From Glycera tridactyla (taxonomy: Eukaryota), in NCBI GenBank assembly GCA_965644265.1, contig OZ286460.1, positions 16,678,001 through 16,742,000 of the forward strand: 64,000 nt of DNA, read 5' to 3'. A program made the translations under genes and the position numbers. Numbering within the stretch: the first letter of the stretch is position 1; every line of letters starts with the position of its first letter. The notes under the pieces are model-generated. The model worked only from the letters and a program-made list of their open reading frames with translations. It made no database searches and was not told where the DNA came from. Shown one piece after another: positions 49,716 through 61,826 of this stretch.

Positions 49716-52700
49716 CAGTCATTCTCAAAAATTTGTAACAATTCCAGTAGAGCAGAACATGAAAAATGAAGTTCTAAAAAACACTTTCAAACTACTTTAT
49801 TTTCACTGTAGACAACCTGAAGCTCCTGAATCCAAGTTTTTGTCCACTAAATATTATTCGTTCTCTGGATATGATGGGTGACATACAGCCCTGTCAACTG
49901 AAAAAAATAACAATTTTGCTGTGTACTGAGATGAAGATGACTGCAGTTTAATTGATATTGTTGATGCAATCTGGCACTCAGCTTTCATTTTGATGCAAGC
50001 CAACAAGTTTTCAAAGTGAAATGACCATATAATAGTGCCATACATGGACTAGTGCTCTGCTATTCGTACAATTATGGCAATCGGCTTTTGGGTGAAATTA
50101 GGAGCTTATACTTTCAACTTTCTTTTATTTTCTATAAATCACATATGTCTCAAGAAGAATACCACAAAAGTAGTTCACAGTTGAGCTGAACATGTGTACA
50201 CCAAAATTAATCCACAAAAAACCAGTGCTTTCGAATCCACAGACAATTCAGTATCATGATGTATTCGTTACGGAGGTTAGAAAGAAATTGATTGAGCAGG
50301 TGTGTCATAGATTATGAGTGGTGGGTGGCATGGAATTTGCCATTTCTTTGCAGATGAGTGTAATAACATATGCTTATGGATATTCTTTACAATTTTTCAC
50401 AACTTCTGCCAACAACTATAGTCCTCTATATCTCACAGAAGACAATTTAGATTTTTCATTGAAATTCAGCTTATGAGTTCAGCATTTCAAACCCATTTGA
50501 GTATAGAACGTGCTGAGGGAATATATTTTGCATTGACTTATACCCTCCATATCTCCCTGTAGATATCAATCATGGAAATAACATTATTTCAAAGGTTAAA
50601 AGGAGAAAATCATAATCAGTACCTCATCACGGATATTAGACAAATCTCGTATACAGTTTGATTAGGAATTGGAGAAAAATGCATTAGGAAGATCCTCGGG
50701 CATATGTTCATATCATGAAATTTATTTGAGAGGACTGTTATCTTGAACCACTTCTTAAAAAAATTTGGGGGGGGGGGTGACTTTCTGTCAGTTCACCGTG
50801 AGAGAATGTAACTAGTAACTGTCAATCTATGGAAAGTGCATTATTGTACTGGTATTCAGTGTGTAGAAAACATGCTGTTCTGCCTATGACTTCACTCTAC
50901 CAGGGAAGTCCCTGGCAAATAACAGTAATAAGGGAGAGAATACCAGGTTCTCTATATACAATTGTTCAGGACATTGAATGCACCGCCAATCTGAATAAGC
51001 CTGTCTTTCGAATTGGGAGATCATCTTTCAAAGTTCACACAAAAATGGGTTCACAAAAAATGGAGATGATCTCCCAACCTGAGGAAGACAGGCTTATTCA
51101 GATTGATGACATATACAAATGTCCTCAAACAAGTATAAATAATGAACACTGGTAGTTGAAGTTGAAGTTGAAAAACGTTTATTTTCTTTCACGGAAAAAT
51201 AACATTCATATACATAAAACAAACAGTACATGATTTTCGATGTATCCGTGAATGAGTCACCATGTAAATTCTATAGATAGTGAATCACTCAAGGTAAAAT
51301 ACAGTCATGGGCCAGACTTGACACTTTCACTCAGAAATTGTGTTCGTTATGGATATTGGTTGTCAGAGCCGACCATAAAAAGCGTGACCGCTGTAGAATT
51401 GCTGCTATTTTTCGTTAAGTTGAAACATCAATGTGTCTTGTTAAAAACATACTCTGGTTGTGTGTCAACTCTGCCACCATATTGTAACATCTGTGATAAA
51501 TAATGCATATTTTACTACCCAATAAACTTCACTCAAACATACTTCCCGGGATCATCTTGTGGTAATCCATGTTCTGACATGTTCTGTGAAAGCATTTCTT
51601 GATAGATTCTTGAGCTTTTTCAGTTCAGTGGGTAGTTTGTTCCATACAAGTGGACCAACATAGGAGAATGCTTTTTGCCCATGTACTGATTTCATTAGAG
51701 GTAATTCATAGTTCCCCTCCAGTGCCCCTCTTGTCCCATGGTCATGGTAGTCTGAGAGTGGTTTCAGTACTTCCTTAATGTACACAGGTACTTCATCTTT
51801 TGAACATTTTTGCATCATTAAGATGAGGTGTAGTTCCCGTGCCTCAGACAATCTCAATATACCTGTACTACTATGCAAAAAATCTGTGTCAGTCCATCTG
51901 GTATTCTGTCACTTATTATTGTTATATGTGAGGGACACCAGAACTATCGGTGGATATCTCAAATGTTTTACAATAATCAGAAATAATATAAATCATCATA
52001 GCATGCCCATATCTCATCCTTACTGGTGAATTCTAACCTTGGCCAATCTTACCAGCAGTTACGAATCATATTTGCCTTTCACCTGCCCTATATGCTTTGC
52101 ATTTTCATGCCTTACATTGAAGCAATCTGTTTTGCCATACCTGAAGTGGGAGCTATGCCAATGACCTATCCCTGGTTCAATACTGACATGATCTTGTGTT
52201 GTGCATACCTATCAAAACCTGACATGGTTGCTTTCTTCAGGTAGTCTGATCAAGGAAGAGTCAGTCAAAAAGTGATTTATTATCCATATGAGCATTACTG
52301 TTTGGAAGGTGGCATCAGCTTCAGATATATGTTACAAATGGTTGTGGTATAGAAGTTCTGATATGGTCATGAAGCTCTGGACTGATTTCTGACGTACAGA
52401 TGGAAAGTGGACAAGTAGATTATGGGTTAATTGACATTGCAGCATCCAAATATGCTAATTTGATCTTTTCTGCAGAAAATCAAGTGTAATTCTCCTCAAA
52501 ATCCATGCCCTGGGTGCAATTTAGCAGCCAGGGGTTCAACCAGAAGTGAAGACGGGTATCCTGTTACGGAGGTTAGAATGTTACGGAGGTTAGGGTTCAG
52601 CCAATCTAGTGGCCATATCATAGGCGTGAAAGGAGTCTATACCATAAATGAGCTACCATTCTGGAGTGGGTATGGACCACCATATGATATTAGAGAATCA

Positions 52701-53333
52701 TGGTTCCAACTTCACTCTTTCTATGTATGAAAGCCGTTACGGAGGTTAGGTCCTTATTTGTCCCCTCTTCATTTTTTAAGTTCGGTTCATCAGTATTCAG
52801 TCGTTGTTACCAATGGAATCCAGAAATGTTGTTTTATCTTTAATATGATTATGAATGAATGAAAAGAAGTTATCATATCATCTGAAAACAAAAAACACTC
52901 ATGTTCTGTGGCCAGCCCAAAAACTGTTACGGAGGACATAGGAATTTCACGGACAATCATTATTGAGCCGGTGTCTTGAAATCCAAAGAACCCTAATAAG
53001 AAAGCATGATTCCCTAAAACTTTAGTATGTTAAAAATATGAATTGAGGATTTTTCCATCCTGTGATATCATCTTGCTAGCAAAATGCAACCCTGAATCCG
53101 AAGAAATGCTCTGTGGACATGTTTTTTTTGGCAACCTTGCCATATTCCAGCTCACCAAACACATGGATTAAATTCATGGATCACCATGAAATATGGCAGA
53201 ATTTCTGTCAACAACCTAAGGTTGCTTCAAAATAATTGTTGTGTTTGTGAGTGGTGTACTTTTGTCATTATTCAGTGGGCAACCCTGAAGACACTGGAAT
53301 TCCTGAATTGTTACAAATTTTTGAGAATGACTG
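49716..53333. mobile_element. 3618-bp TIR DNA transposon with TTAA TSD and CAG termini, decayed; superfamily uncertain
   Basis: Perfect 29-bp TIR CAGTCATTCTCAAAAATTTGTAACAATTC (49716-49744 and 53305-53333). TTAA at 49712-49715 and 53334-53337. Five copies of an internal GTTACGGAGG(TTAG) motif. Confidence 0.85.
51155..51930 (-). mobile_element. 5'-truncated L2/CR1-clade LINE (C-terminus of ORF2, 3'UTR and tail), nested in the TTAA element
   Basis: ORF 51552-51878 reads ...MQKCSKDEVPVYIKEVL..HDHGTRG..LP..KSVHGQKAFSYVGPLVWNKLPTELK..FTEHVRTW, typical of the CR1/L2 ORF2 end. It is followed on the minus strand by AATAAA (51178-51183) and a (CAACTT)3 tail (51155-51172). Confidence 0.85.
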
Positions 53334-53542
53334 TTAAGTGAAAAGTCACGGGACCAAATTTTTCTTTCACTTGAGACAGGATTTTGCTCAGCGCAGGACA
53401 ATTATAGTGAGAACAAGAAATTTCTTCAAAAAGAAGAATGGTCGTCGATTTTCAGTGGAGAAGTGATAATTCAAAGGGAAAAATGAATGAAGTGGAGAGA
53501 CAGAAAGAGAGAGAGCCTGTGTTTGTGTTCTCCGAAGAACTA

Positions 53543-54105
53543 ATAGACTGGTAATCACCACTCAAACTGCGTATATAACGAAAGAAAACATCGGAATCTT
53601 GCCCCACGTGAACTAGCTCGAAGTGATTCCGCCTCATTTCGCCATTAAACGTATTTTTCGACTTGTAAAGCAGCATGAAGAAACTCGCGATCGCCATCTT
53701 GGTATTTCTACAATCGAATGATATGATGACGGAATTCGCCTCCAACGAAGAAATAGACTGGTTGTCATCTCTCAAACTGCGTATATAACGAAAGAAAACA
53801 TCGAAATCTTGCCCCACGTGAACTAGCTCGAAGTGATTCCTCCTCATTTCGCCATCAAACGTATTTTTCGACTTGTAAAGCAGCATGAAGAAACTCGCGA
53901 TCGCCATCTTGGTATTTCTACAATCGAACGATATGATGACGGAATTCGCCTCCAACGAAGAAATAGACTGGTTGTCATCTCTCAAACTGCGTATATAACG
54001 AAAGAAAACATCGAAATCTTGCCCCACGTGAACTAGCTCGAAGTGATTCCTCCTCATTTCGCCATCAAACGTATTTTTCGACTTGTAAAGCAGCATGAAG
54101 AAACT
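53543..54105. repeat. 210-bp tandem repeat, about 2.7 near-identical copies
   Basis: atagactgg recurs at 53543, 53753 and 53963. The minus-strand ORF 53452-54123 repeats a 70-aa unit. Confidence 0.95.
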
Positions 54106-54440
54106 TCGGCCGGGTCGTGTCAAACACGTGGGTTCCGCGAATTCTCACATCGCCTTTCAAGGCTGAAATACCATAGAAATATTGAACTCACGGTGAAGAC
54201 GATTACACGATTAAATCACGGATATCCGATTGTATATACTCCCATGTATAAATTCCGAGAATCCGTCGAATATTCGCCAGAAACAGTGGAGATGTCAAGC
54301 GGGCCATGTTAGGTTTGGCCTCCTTGTTTCATTCGTGAGATCGGCTTCCTCGTGGTTCCGAAACCTGCGCAGACGCTATGAAATTGTCTTCTGCGCACAT
54401 TGTTGACATCTCGCGACGAGAGCTCCATGAAAGCAGGTCG

Positions 54441-54576
54441 CTGATTGGTGGATTTCGCCGCGATTCCGGCAATTTGGCCAATCAGGGATCGCGAGAGATA
54501 TCTGTGTCGATTCTTTATCACCTCCAGCGTTAAAGATGGATCGCCGCCTCATTTGCATATCGATATAATGACGTCA
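54441..54576. promoter_or_regulatory. Promoter-like motif cluster inside the long TcMar-type element
   Basis: Inverted CCAAT boxes CTGATTGG (54441) and CCAATCAG (54478), octamer ATTTGCAT (54551-54558), CRE TGACGTCA (54569-54576). Confidence 0.4.
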
Positions 54577-56533
54577 CCGGAAAAGGCTTCCCCGAGAAAT
54601 TCCGCGCTCTCTATCCGTAAGTGTCGCTTTCTCCGTCATATTTTTCGTTTCAAACGTTCTCACGCAGTCATTTATCGATATTATCAAGGTTTCTTTGTAT
54701 TTCACGCAATAAGTAAAGTTTATCACACAAATCGCATATTTTTCAGGCGAGGCCGATCTAATTTTGATGATTCCAGAAACATCTTTTACAAAGAGTCGTA
54801 CCCGGCCATTGTCGGCTAGTAATGTCTACTTTCGCCGACTTTCTCACGTTTCTCTATGGAGTCCTCCACAAAACTGGGCGATTTTATCGTCTAGATTGAG
54901 AGGGAATCCCAGAGTGAAAACAGTACCGTCTCCGACGGAAAAAAACATCCGGGCAGACCATGGGGTATGTGCTTAGGACAGGATTTTGCCTAGCCCAGGT
55001 TTACTCTCAAGCAGGTTTCACTGTATTTATCTATTCATTTTTCTCTATTTACAAAGGTTTTCTTGTAATTATTTGAGTGCAGTCGAACCTGTCTATAAAG
55101 ACCACCTTCAGTCACATCAAAAAGTGGCCTTTGTAGGTCTGCAGTGNNNNNNNNNNNNNNNNNNNNNNNNNNNNNNNNNNNNNNNNNNNNNNNNNNNNNN
55201 NNNNNNNNNNNNNNNNNNNNNNNNNNNNNNNNNNNNNNNNNNNNNNNNNNNNNNNNNNNNNNNNNNNNNNNNNNNNNNNNNNNNNNNNNNNNNNNNNNNN
55301 NNNNNNNNNNNNNNNNNNNNNNNNNNNNNNNNNNNNGGGTCTGCAGTGTCTGCTGCTGCCAGTCTTATCTCACCTGTGTGCATGAGTGAGCACCTGACGT
55401 CCAGTTGGTGCCTGTTTGTAGCCAGACATATTGTGATGCCTGCTAGCAGTGGAGATCATATAACCATAACACCGAGCACTGCTCACCCACCTTACAAGGT
55501 GAGAATCCTTAGAAACTGATGGCTTCATCACTATCGGTTGGCTGCACTTGCTTTATACACTAGGATATATTGAGAAGCCCATACAATGGACATGGATGGG
55601 ATCATCCAAGACTCCTTCTGGGTGCCAAATGGAAGGTGAAAATTTATCAAATATACCAACACTCAAGACGTCATTCCTGGTACATTTGGACTATTGACCC
55701 CATTTCTGATACCAGATATAACACTTGACCATCTGTGAATTTCATAAATTTTCATTTTGGCATGCCTAACGGACATGCTCAGCTGTGGTTGTTTTTGCAA
55801 ACATTCTCCAGTCTGTCAGAGTTGAATCTGGTGGGTACGTTTTTCATTCTACTGTCAGTGATTGACAGTGGACTCTTGAAGCCACTTATACTCAAAAATT
55901 CATCCATGCTTGGAATTGCACAGTGTCTTCCCCAAGTTACTGCAAAAAATTCTCAAAAAAAGTGGAGATAAAATTGATTCTGCATGTGAGAAGGCAAAAG
56001 ATGAAAGTTTGAATTCGGGGATTATTCCCAAGATGGAATGACGAGGTGTTAATAGGTTTAATTTTAAAAAGATGACATCATCGACGTGGTTCACACTTTG
56101 AAGTTTGCATGCAATTTAAAAGTGTGAACATAAACATTTGAAGTGATGTTATTTGTCTCCCTCATCGCAATCACTCGCATGCTTGACTACACTAAAACAC
56201 GCTCGGCGTCAGAGGATGACAAATGCCACTGATGCTCGTTAAAAACACCCCAGAGGCCGGCTCCAGGATTCCATCAACGATTTGATTACCTCACCCCAAT
56301 TCACCCACTCAGCCAAGTTCATGAAACTCTGCTCGAATTCTTGAGAAATAGTCTGAATTCATGTTGGTGGATGACATGAATTTGTTTTTGGGCCAATGTA
56401 TAGAGCTCTGTTGATTATCCTGGCTCCTATCAGTGCCATCCTGGTCACCAGCAATTTGCAGTGTGTGTGGTGTGCTTGTGGGGGGGGGGGGTGTAGGTGT
56501 AAGTGCATATGTGTGTCCATTTTTTGTGGATCT

Positions 56534-56700
56534 GCCGTGGTGTAGAGGACAAGAGCGCTGGCGGTTTGTTGCTGGCAAGGGTGCCAAACTGGAAGGTTGA
56601 TGGTTCAAATCCCATACAAACCAAAAAATAATTTGGGCATTTGGAACACATTTCATGGACCTGTTGCCAGTACAATCTGGAAATATGTCTCTGACATGAT
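56534..56700 (+). mobile_element. tRNA-derived SINE, same family as 6399
   Basis: A box TGGTGTAGAGG (56538-56548), B box GGTTCAAATCC (56602-56612), body ggacctgttgcc. Confidence 0.7.
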
Positions 56701-57170
56701 TTCTATCACTAAAAAAATGTGTGTGTAGGGGTGTGTGTGTAGGGGTGTGTGTGTCTGTGTCCATGTGAGAAGGAGAAGGATGGGTGGACAGACAGACCAT
56801 CAGTCCATCTGTCAGTCGGTTGGTCGGGGTCGGTCAGAGGGAGGGAGGGGAAGGTAAGAAGTTTGTGCATATATGGGTAGGATGGAGAGAGTGAGAGTGT
56901 GAGTGAGATCGAGAGTGAGTGAGAGAGAGAGGGAGAGAGAGAGGGGGGGGGGGGGGAGATCCGACTCGGTCCTCCTTGATGACAGAATGTTAGTGGTGAT
57001 AATTGCAGGTGGCATGCCTGTGCATTTGAGTGATAATTCTGATGCTTTATTTGCGTGTCCCACGGTGGTGATTCACAGCTGCTCTGACAAATGGAGCTGC
57101 ACAGATTTCCAACTGCCACAAATTCCACGCACATCATCCCAGACTCCATCATCACAGTGACTTGCATCTA

Positions 57171-57320
57171 CAGTGAAACCTGCGTCGAAAGACCACCATA
57201 ATTGTCACCAAAAAGTGGTCTCTTGTTGGAGGTATATTTGACTATGTCAAATACAAAAGCTGCCCTGGAAAAGCGGTCTCCTGTCAGAGGTGGTCTCTCG
57301 TTGGGGGTCTCTCGTCATGG
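57171..57320. mobile_element. TcMar-type MITE (GAGACC subfamily)
   Basis: TA|CAGTGAAACCTGCG; body is the reverse complement of the 30459 copy. Confidence 0.8.
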
Positions 57321-59797
57321 AACGAGTAGGTCATATTACTGAAGATGGGAGCATATCTTCTGGATGATCTTGAGTTTTCCTTGGGATCTAAAACAGGGAT
57401 ACTTTATCCCAACCCTGCACTACACTTTTGTCCATCTTTGACAGCCCCCTATAAAATTGATCATGCTGCCAATTTGACAGAGCAACATGCAATAATCAAG
57501 CCAGCAATTAACAATTACCGCTGCGACCAGTTGTTCAAGACAGAGGGACTGTAAGGGAAAATAATAGTCATATCAAATAGAAAATTGCTGCTTTGAACAG
57601 TTGGCTACTTAGGTACAGTGATATTTCAGGGCTCTAATCAATAATTTGTCAAATCTGTATAATCCAAATGTGGTTTATATGTTTCACACAATAAAGTTGC
57701 CATTTTTTAATGGCACGGATGTATTTAGTAGGTCTTCCAGTGATCATCAAACCTGGTTTCAGGTAGTCTGCATGCTTTTGAAGAGGACACACAATCATTT
57801 CATTGGATTTTTGTGAAGATTCCACTATCGGCGAATATTTGTATGTGAAACCTCAGAGATGTGGCCACCGCATAAGCCATGAAACCAGCGTGAAATTGAC
57901 TTATTTTTGGTATTCTGAGGTGAAATATACAAAGAAACTTCATCATGATCACATTTCTAGTCACCGGCGATGTCAACAGTGTTTGTCTGTGAGTCTCAAT
58001 TCAATCCGCAGCAATTTTGAAATGCGATGGCGAGAAACGTGACTGCCATGATTGAACTTGACAGACTTTAGTTTAGCTTGTAAATGTAATCCTGCCACCA
58101 TCTAAAAGTGCATTCTTTGTACATCATTGCAATGATTAAAATTATGAGAAAATAGAAAACACCACAACAATCCAGCACATTGACCAGATCAGCAGAACCG
58201 TGATCAAGAATGGGGATTTTAAAATGTAAATTTTCGTAAAGAAACTGATTCAATATTTGTCAGTGTATAAGAATTTTAGAAAATTAATGCTAGAGCAAGC
58301 ATCAGCTGAGCATGTCTCAGGAGGACAATGAGAATCAACGAATATCTGCATTGTGTGCAGTAATCCATCCCATGATGCACTGCAGCACTTATCTAAGCAG
58401 ACAATGGCAATTATCGCATGATTACGGCGCGTGAAGCAGCTTGCGTGAAGCAGTTTGCGTATACCTGTCTGAGGAATTTATGACCCACACTCAGGTCACC
58501 CCCACCCCCACCCCCACCCCCACTCCCATTAGCTCCACATCTATTAATTATTGAATTATTCATGTTTCGCTGATTGTCAGCATCTCTTTTCTTCGTTCTT
58601 TATCACTTGACTCACCTCAAATTGACCTCAGTCAATGTGTCGGAACATTCCTTGAAATATGCGTTTGGTTGGGTGTTCAGTCCTTTTGTGAGATATGCGT
58701 ATCTCTTTCTAGATAATTCTGTGAAATATTTCTGTCTCATATTGAGGCTGTTTTAATCTCTCAGTTCTCAAAAACTGCTATTAATAACGAGCTAGTAAGT
58801 GATTTTGAGCTTTATTGACTGCTTTCATAATCTTGGACTGACTTCTTGCCTTCAAGCTTTTTTTCTCAATAGCAGTTGATGTTATGAAGATCCTGTAATG
58901 TATTTTATTATATGAATGTATATGCCATGATGTAAATAAAAGTTTTGGAGTATGAATTTGAATGTTTGGGGCTGAAAGAAAACCTATACTTCAGAATCCC
59001 CTATCATCAGATTTTCTTCCAAACTTACACTATCATCAGATCGCTTTCTCTTTACATCTAATATGACACCATGGTCCCTGCATGAATGTTTGATTTGTGT
59101 AGGAATATGATCACTACATGTAAGATGTTTTTATCCAGGTCAAGCATGAATATGGCGCCTAATTAGTGACTTGCATACTTTGTTAAGTTGACAGCACTGG
59201 ATTTCTGCAAGTCATAATTTTGCAAGGACACATGTGGCCTCTTTATTTTGATTGACATGCCCAAGACAAGGGCCACATGGGCAGCTTCTGTTTCTGGAGA
59301 TAAATTTGTCGTTCATGGTAATGTATTGTCATCAACATGTCATTTGTCTTGCTGATAGAGACAGCCATTTTTCCTGAGATTGGGAAGGGGGGGGGGGGGG
59401 GATAGAATTAATTACAACACAAGATCTTTATTGATATCCTCAATGTACAGACATGTATAGACTGTCCCTGGAGGAATGTAAGAATATTCTACCAAAGTCT
59501 ACTGAGACAAGTGAGAAACAAAACTGCATAACTAAAACTAATTATATTCTTGGTGTGGATTCATACTTTTGTCCTCGTACTGAGTAGCAGAAGGGATTTG
59601 GATAGCAAAGTTTTACATAACTATAACACATTATGTACATGGCTATATTCATGGGCCTCCCGGCAATGCCATGATCTTTACTCTTAATGTTTGCATTTAG
59701 ATTCTCACCTATTATCACTCAGAAATTGATAAACATCCTGTTATGCTGACAAAAGTGTTCAAATAGGTCTCCTTGTGGAAAATTATAAACACTGATA

Positions 59798-59895
59798 CAG
59801 TGAAACTGTGTCATATAGAAATGCTGCCCTGGAAAAGCGGTCTCTTGTCAGGGATCGTCTCCTCGTCAGGGGGTCTCTCATTGCAGGTTTCACTG
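59798..59895. mobile_element. Shortened TcMar-type MITE
   Basis: TA|CAGTGAAAC...GCAGGTTTCACTG|TA. Confidence 0.75.
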
Positions 59896-61002
59896 TATGC
59901 ATCATGACACAGACCTTGGTGCCAACATGATAAATCCATGGTATTTCCTGGTGATGCCTACAAATATATAATCTCTGGAACTTCAGTGCTAATTTCCCCC
60001 TTTGAAATGAATATTGGACATGAAAAGGTAATGTGGTAATGCATCTAAACACATAATGGCAGTAGGTAATGTCATACTAATATGTAACAATAGGTGACAT
60101 TATCTGCTTCAATGCAACGAAACAGCAACTTCCTGCTCTCATTGATCCACCTTGAATTGTTGTAAACATGACCTGGCTCTTCCTGCAAGTATTGGCCAAT
60201 TTGGAATTTGTGTCAGTGTAACAAGACCATTGTGATTCACGGAGTAGGATGGAGGGGATTTCGAGGGGGAGGGGGTTGCGTTTCAGGTCATCTCTTATCA
60301 TGGTGATCACATCCTGATGAATGGCTTACTTGCATGCAACACGCTGGGATTCTTAATATTGTCTCATTAACATATGGCGGGAAGCGAGAGCGAGGCTACT
60401 CCCGCAAGCACCCGGCAATCATGGCCATAGGTTTTGCCTGTATCACCCCAAGTATGTCACCTGCTGATAGGATATTTCCCTGTTTCCTTTAGTCCAATAT
60501 ACACTACTTGATAAAATACTCACAACGAGAGTACACTTTCTTCAATACCCTCATAGAAAACCAAATATGGGTAGTTTGGAGCATTCTAATCTCCTTCCAT
60601 TTTGTGTACATAAAACAGAGACACTCACCTAGTTATTCACACTCACCATGAATGTTCTGAAAATGTTGTTTTCTAATAGTAAATTGGAATTTTCAATGTT
60701 CTCTTGATATTTTGAGTGTACATTTCCTACAAAATACTGGCTGAATAGAGCACATCTCAACTCCTACAGGAATGAACGGTAACAATCAATTGAAGTTCCC
60801 AGGCTCTATACTGTTGAATATTTTCACTTTTATCCATTTCATACTGATACAAAACTGATAGAGCACACAATTCTGAAATAGTGAGTGAAACTCATGTGCA
60901 AACAGTCATCTCATACCTTTTCACTGGACTGCAATTATATCTAACTTGACTGCATAGAAGATCTTGCTAATTTTTGATCAATAAATTCGGAAATGAATAT
61001 AA

Positions 61003-61826
61003 AGTGGGACCTGCGGCAAGAGAACACCTCTGACATGAGACCACTTTTCCAGGGCAGCTTTTCTCTTTGACATAGTCAATCATACCTGACAAGAGGCCAC
61101 CTCTTTTGAAAGTCCACTTTTTGGTAACATTTAGGGTTGTCTCATGTCGCAGGTTTCACTGTATTAGTCAAACTCCTCGGACATATGAGCTTCAAGCAAG
61201 ATTTGGGAGATTAAAATGGCTGGAATCCCACCTCAAATATTATTTTTTCATGGTCAAGGATGCCAGAGCAGCTTGGTACAGTGGGCCAGGAGATTCTCAA
61301 ATCATTTGAATAAATTGTATAAAGATAACCTTATTTATTTATAAGCAAAGTAATGGAACTTTAGCATACGGTCATTTACTTTTGAAAATACTACCATGGT
61401 CGCAGCACAGGGTGTTCTTTATAGGGAGGTGGTCTTTATAGAGAGGCGATCTTTAGAGGAGGTTCGACTGTATGTCCAATTAGCTATTAGTTGGGATTAA
61501 ACCAGTTTAACAGAGGATGAATGCATCCCTATCTGATATTTAGTCTAATATACCTCAGATGGGAGACCAACAATTTGATATGGTCAAAGATACCTCCGTT
61601 GAGAGACCACAATTTTGTGATGTGCCTGTGGTCATATTGCAGGTGGTTCCACTGTATGAAACAATGCAGGAATACAGTGGAAAGAGACCATTCTAGATAT
61701 AAGTAAAATCAGTCTCATGAAACAAGTGGTCTCTAGTCAGAGGTATATTTGACTAAAGGCTCTAAAATAATGGTCCCTCAATATAGAGTGTCTGTCATCA
61801 AGAAGCTTGTGTCCCAGGTTTCAGTG
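61003..61826. mobile_element. Cluster of TcMar-type MITE copies and fragments (61003-61161, ~61370-61470, ~61540-61654, ~61675-61826)
   Basis: GAGACCAC/GTGGTC motifs and CAGGTTTCACTG|TA or AGGTTCGACTG|TA ends. Confidence 0.7.

Larger units (their letters stand above)
49700..55023. mobile_element. Long TcMar-type element (about 1.7 kb excluding the nested insertion); left end split by the TTAA element
   Basis: Right end ...caagcaggtttcactg|TA at 55023. Removing 49716-53337 restores acctgtcttaagtg...cacttgagacagg, the left-end architecture of the local MITEs. The interior is CpG-rich with a 210-bp tandem repeat. The extreme left terminus is degenerate. Confidence 0.6.
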
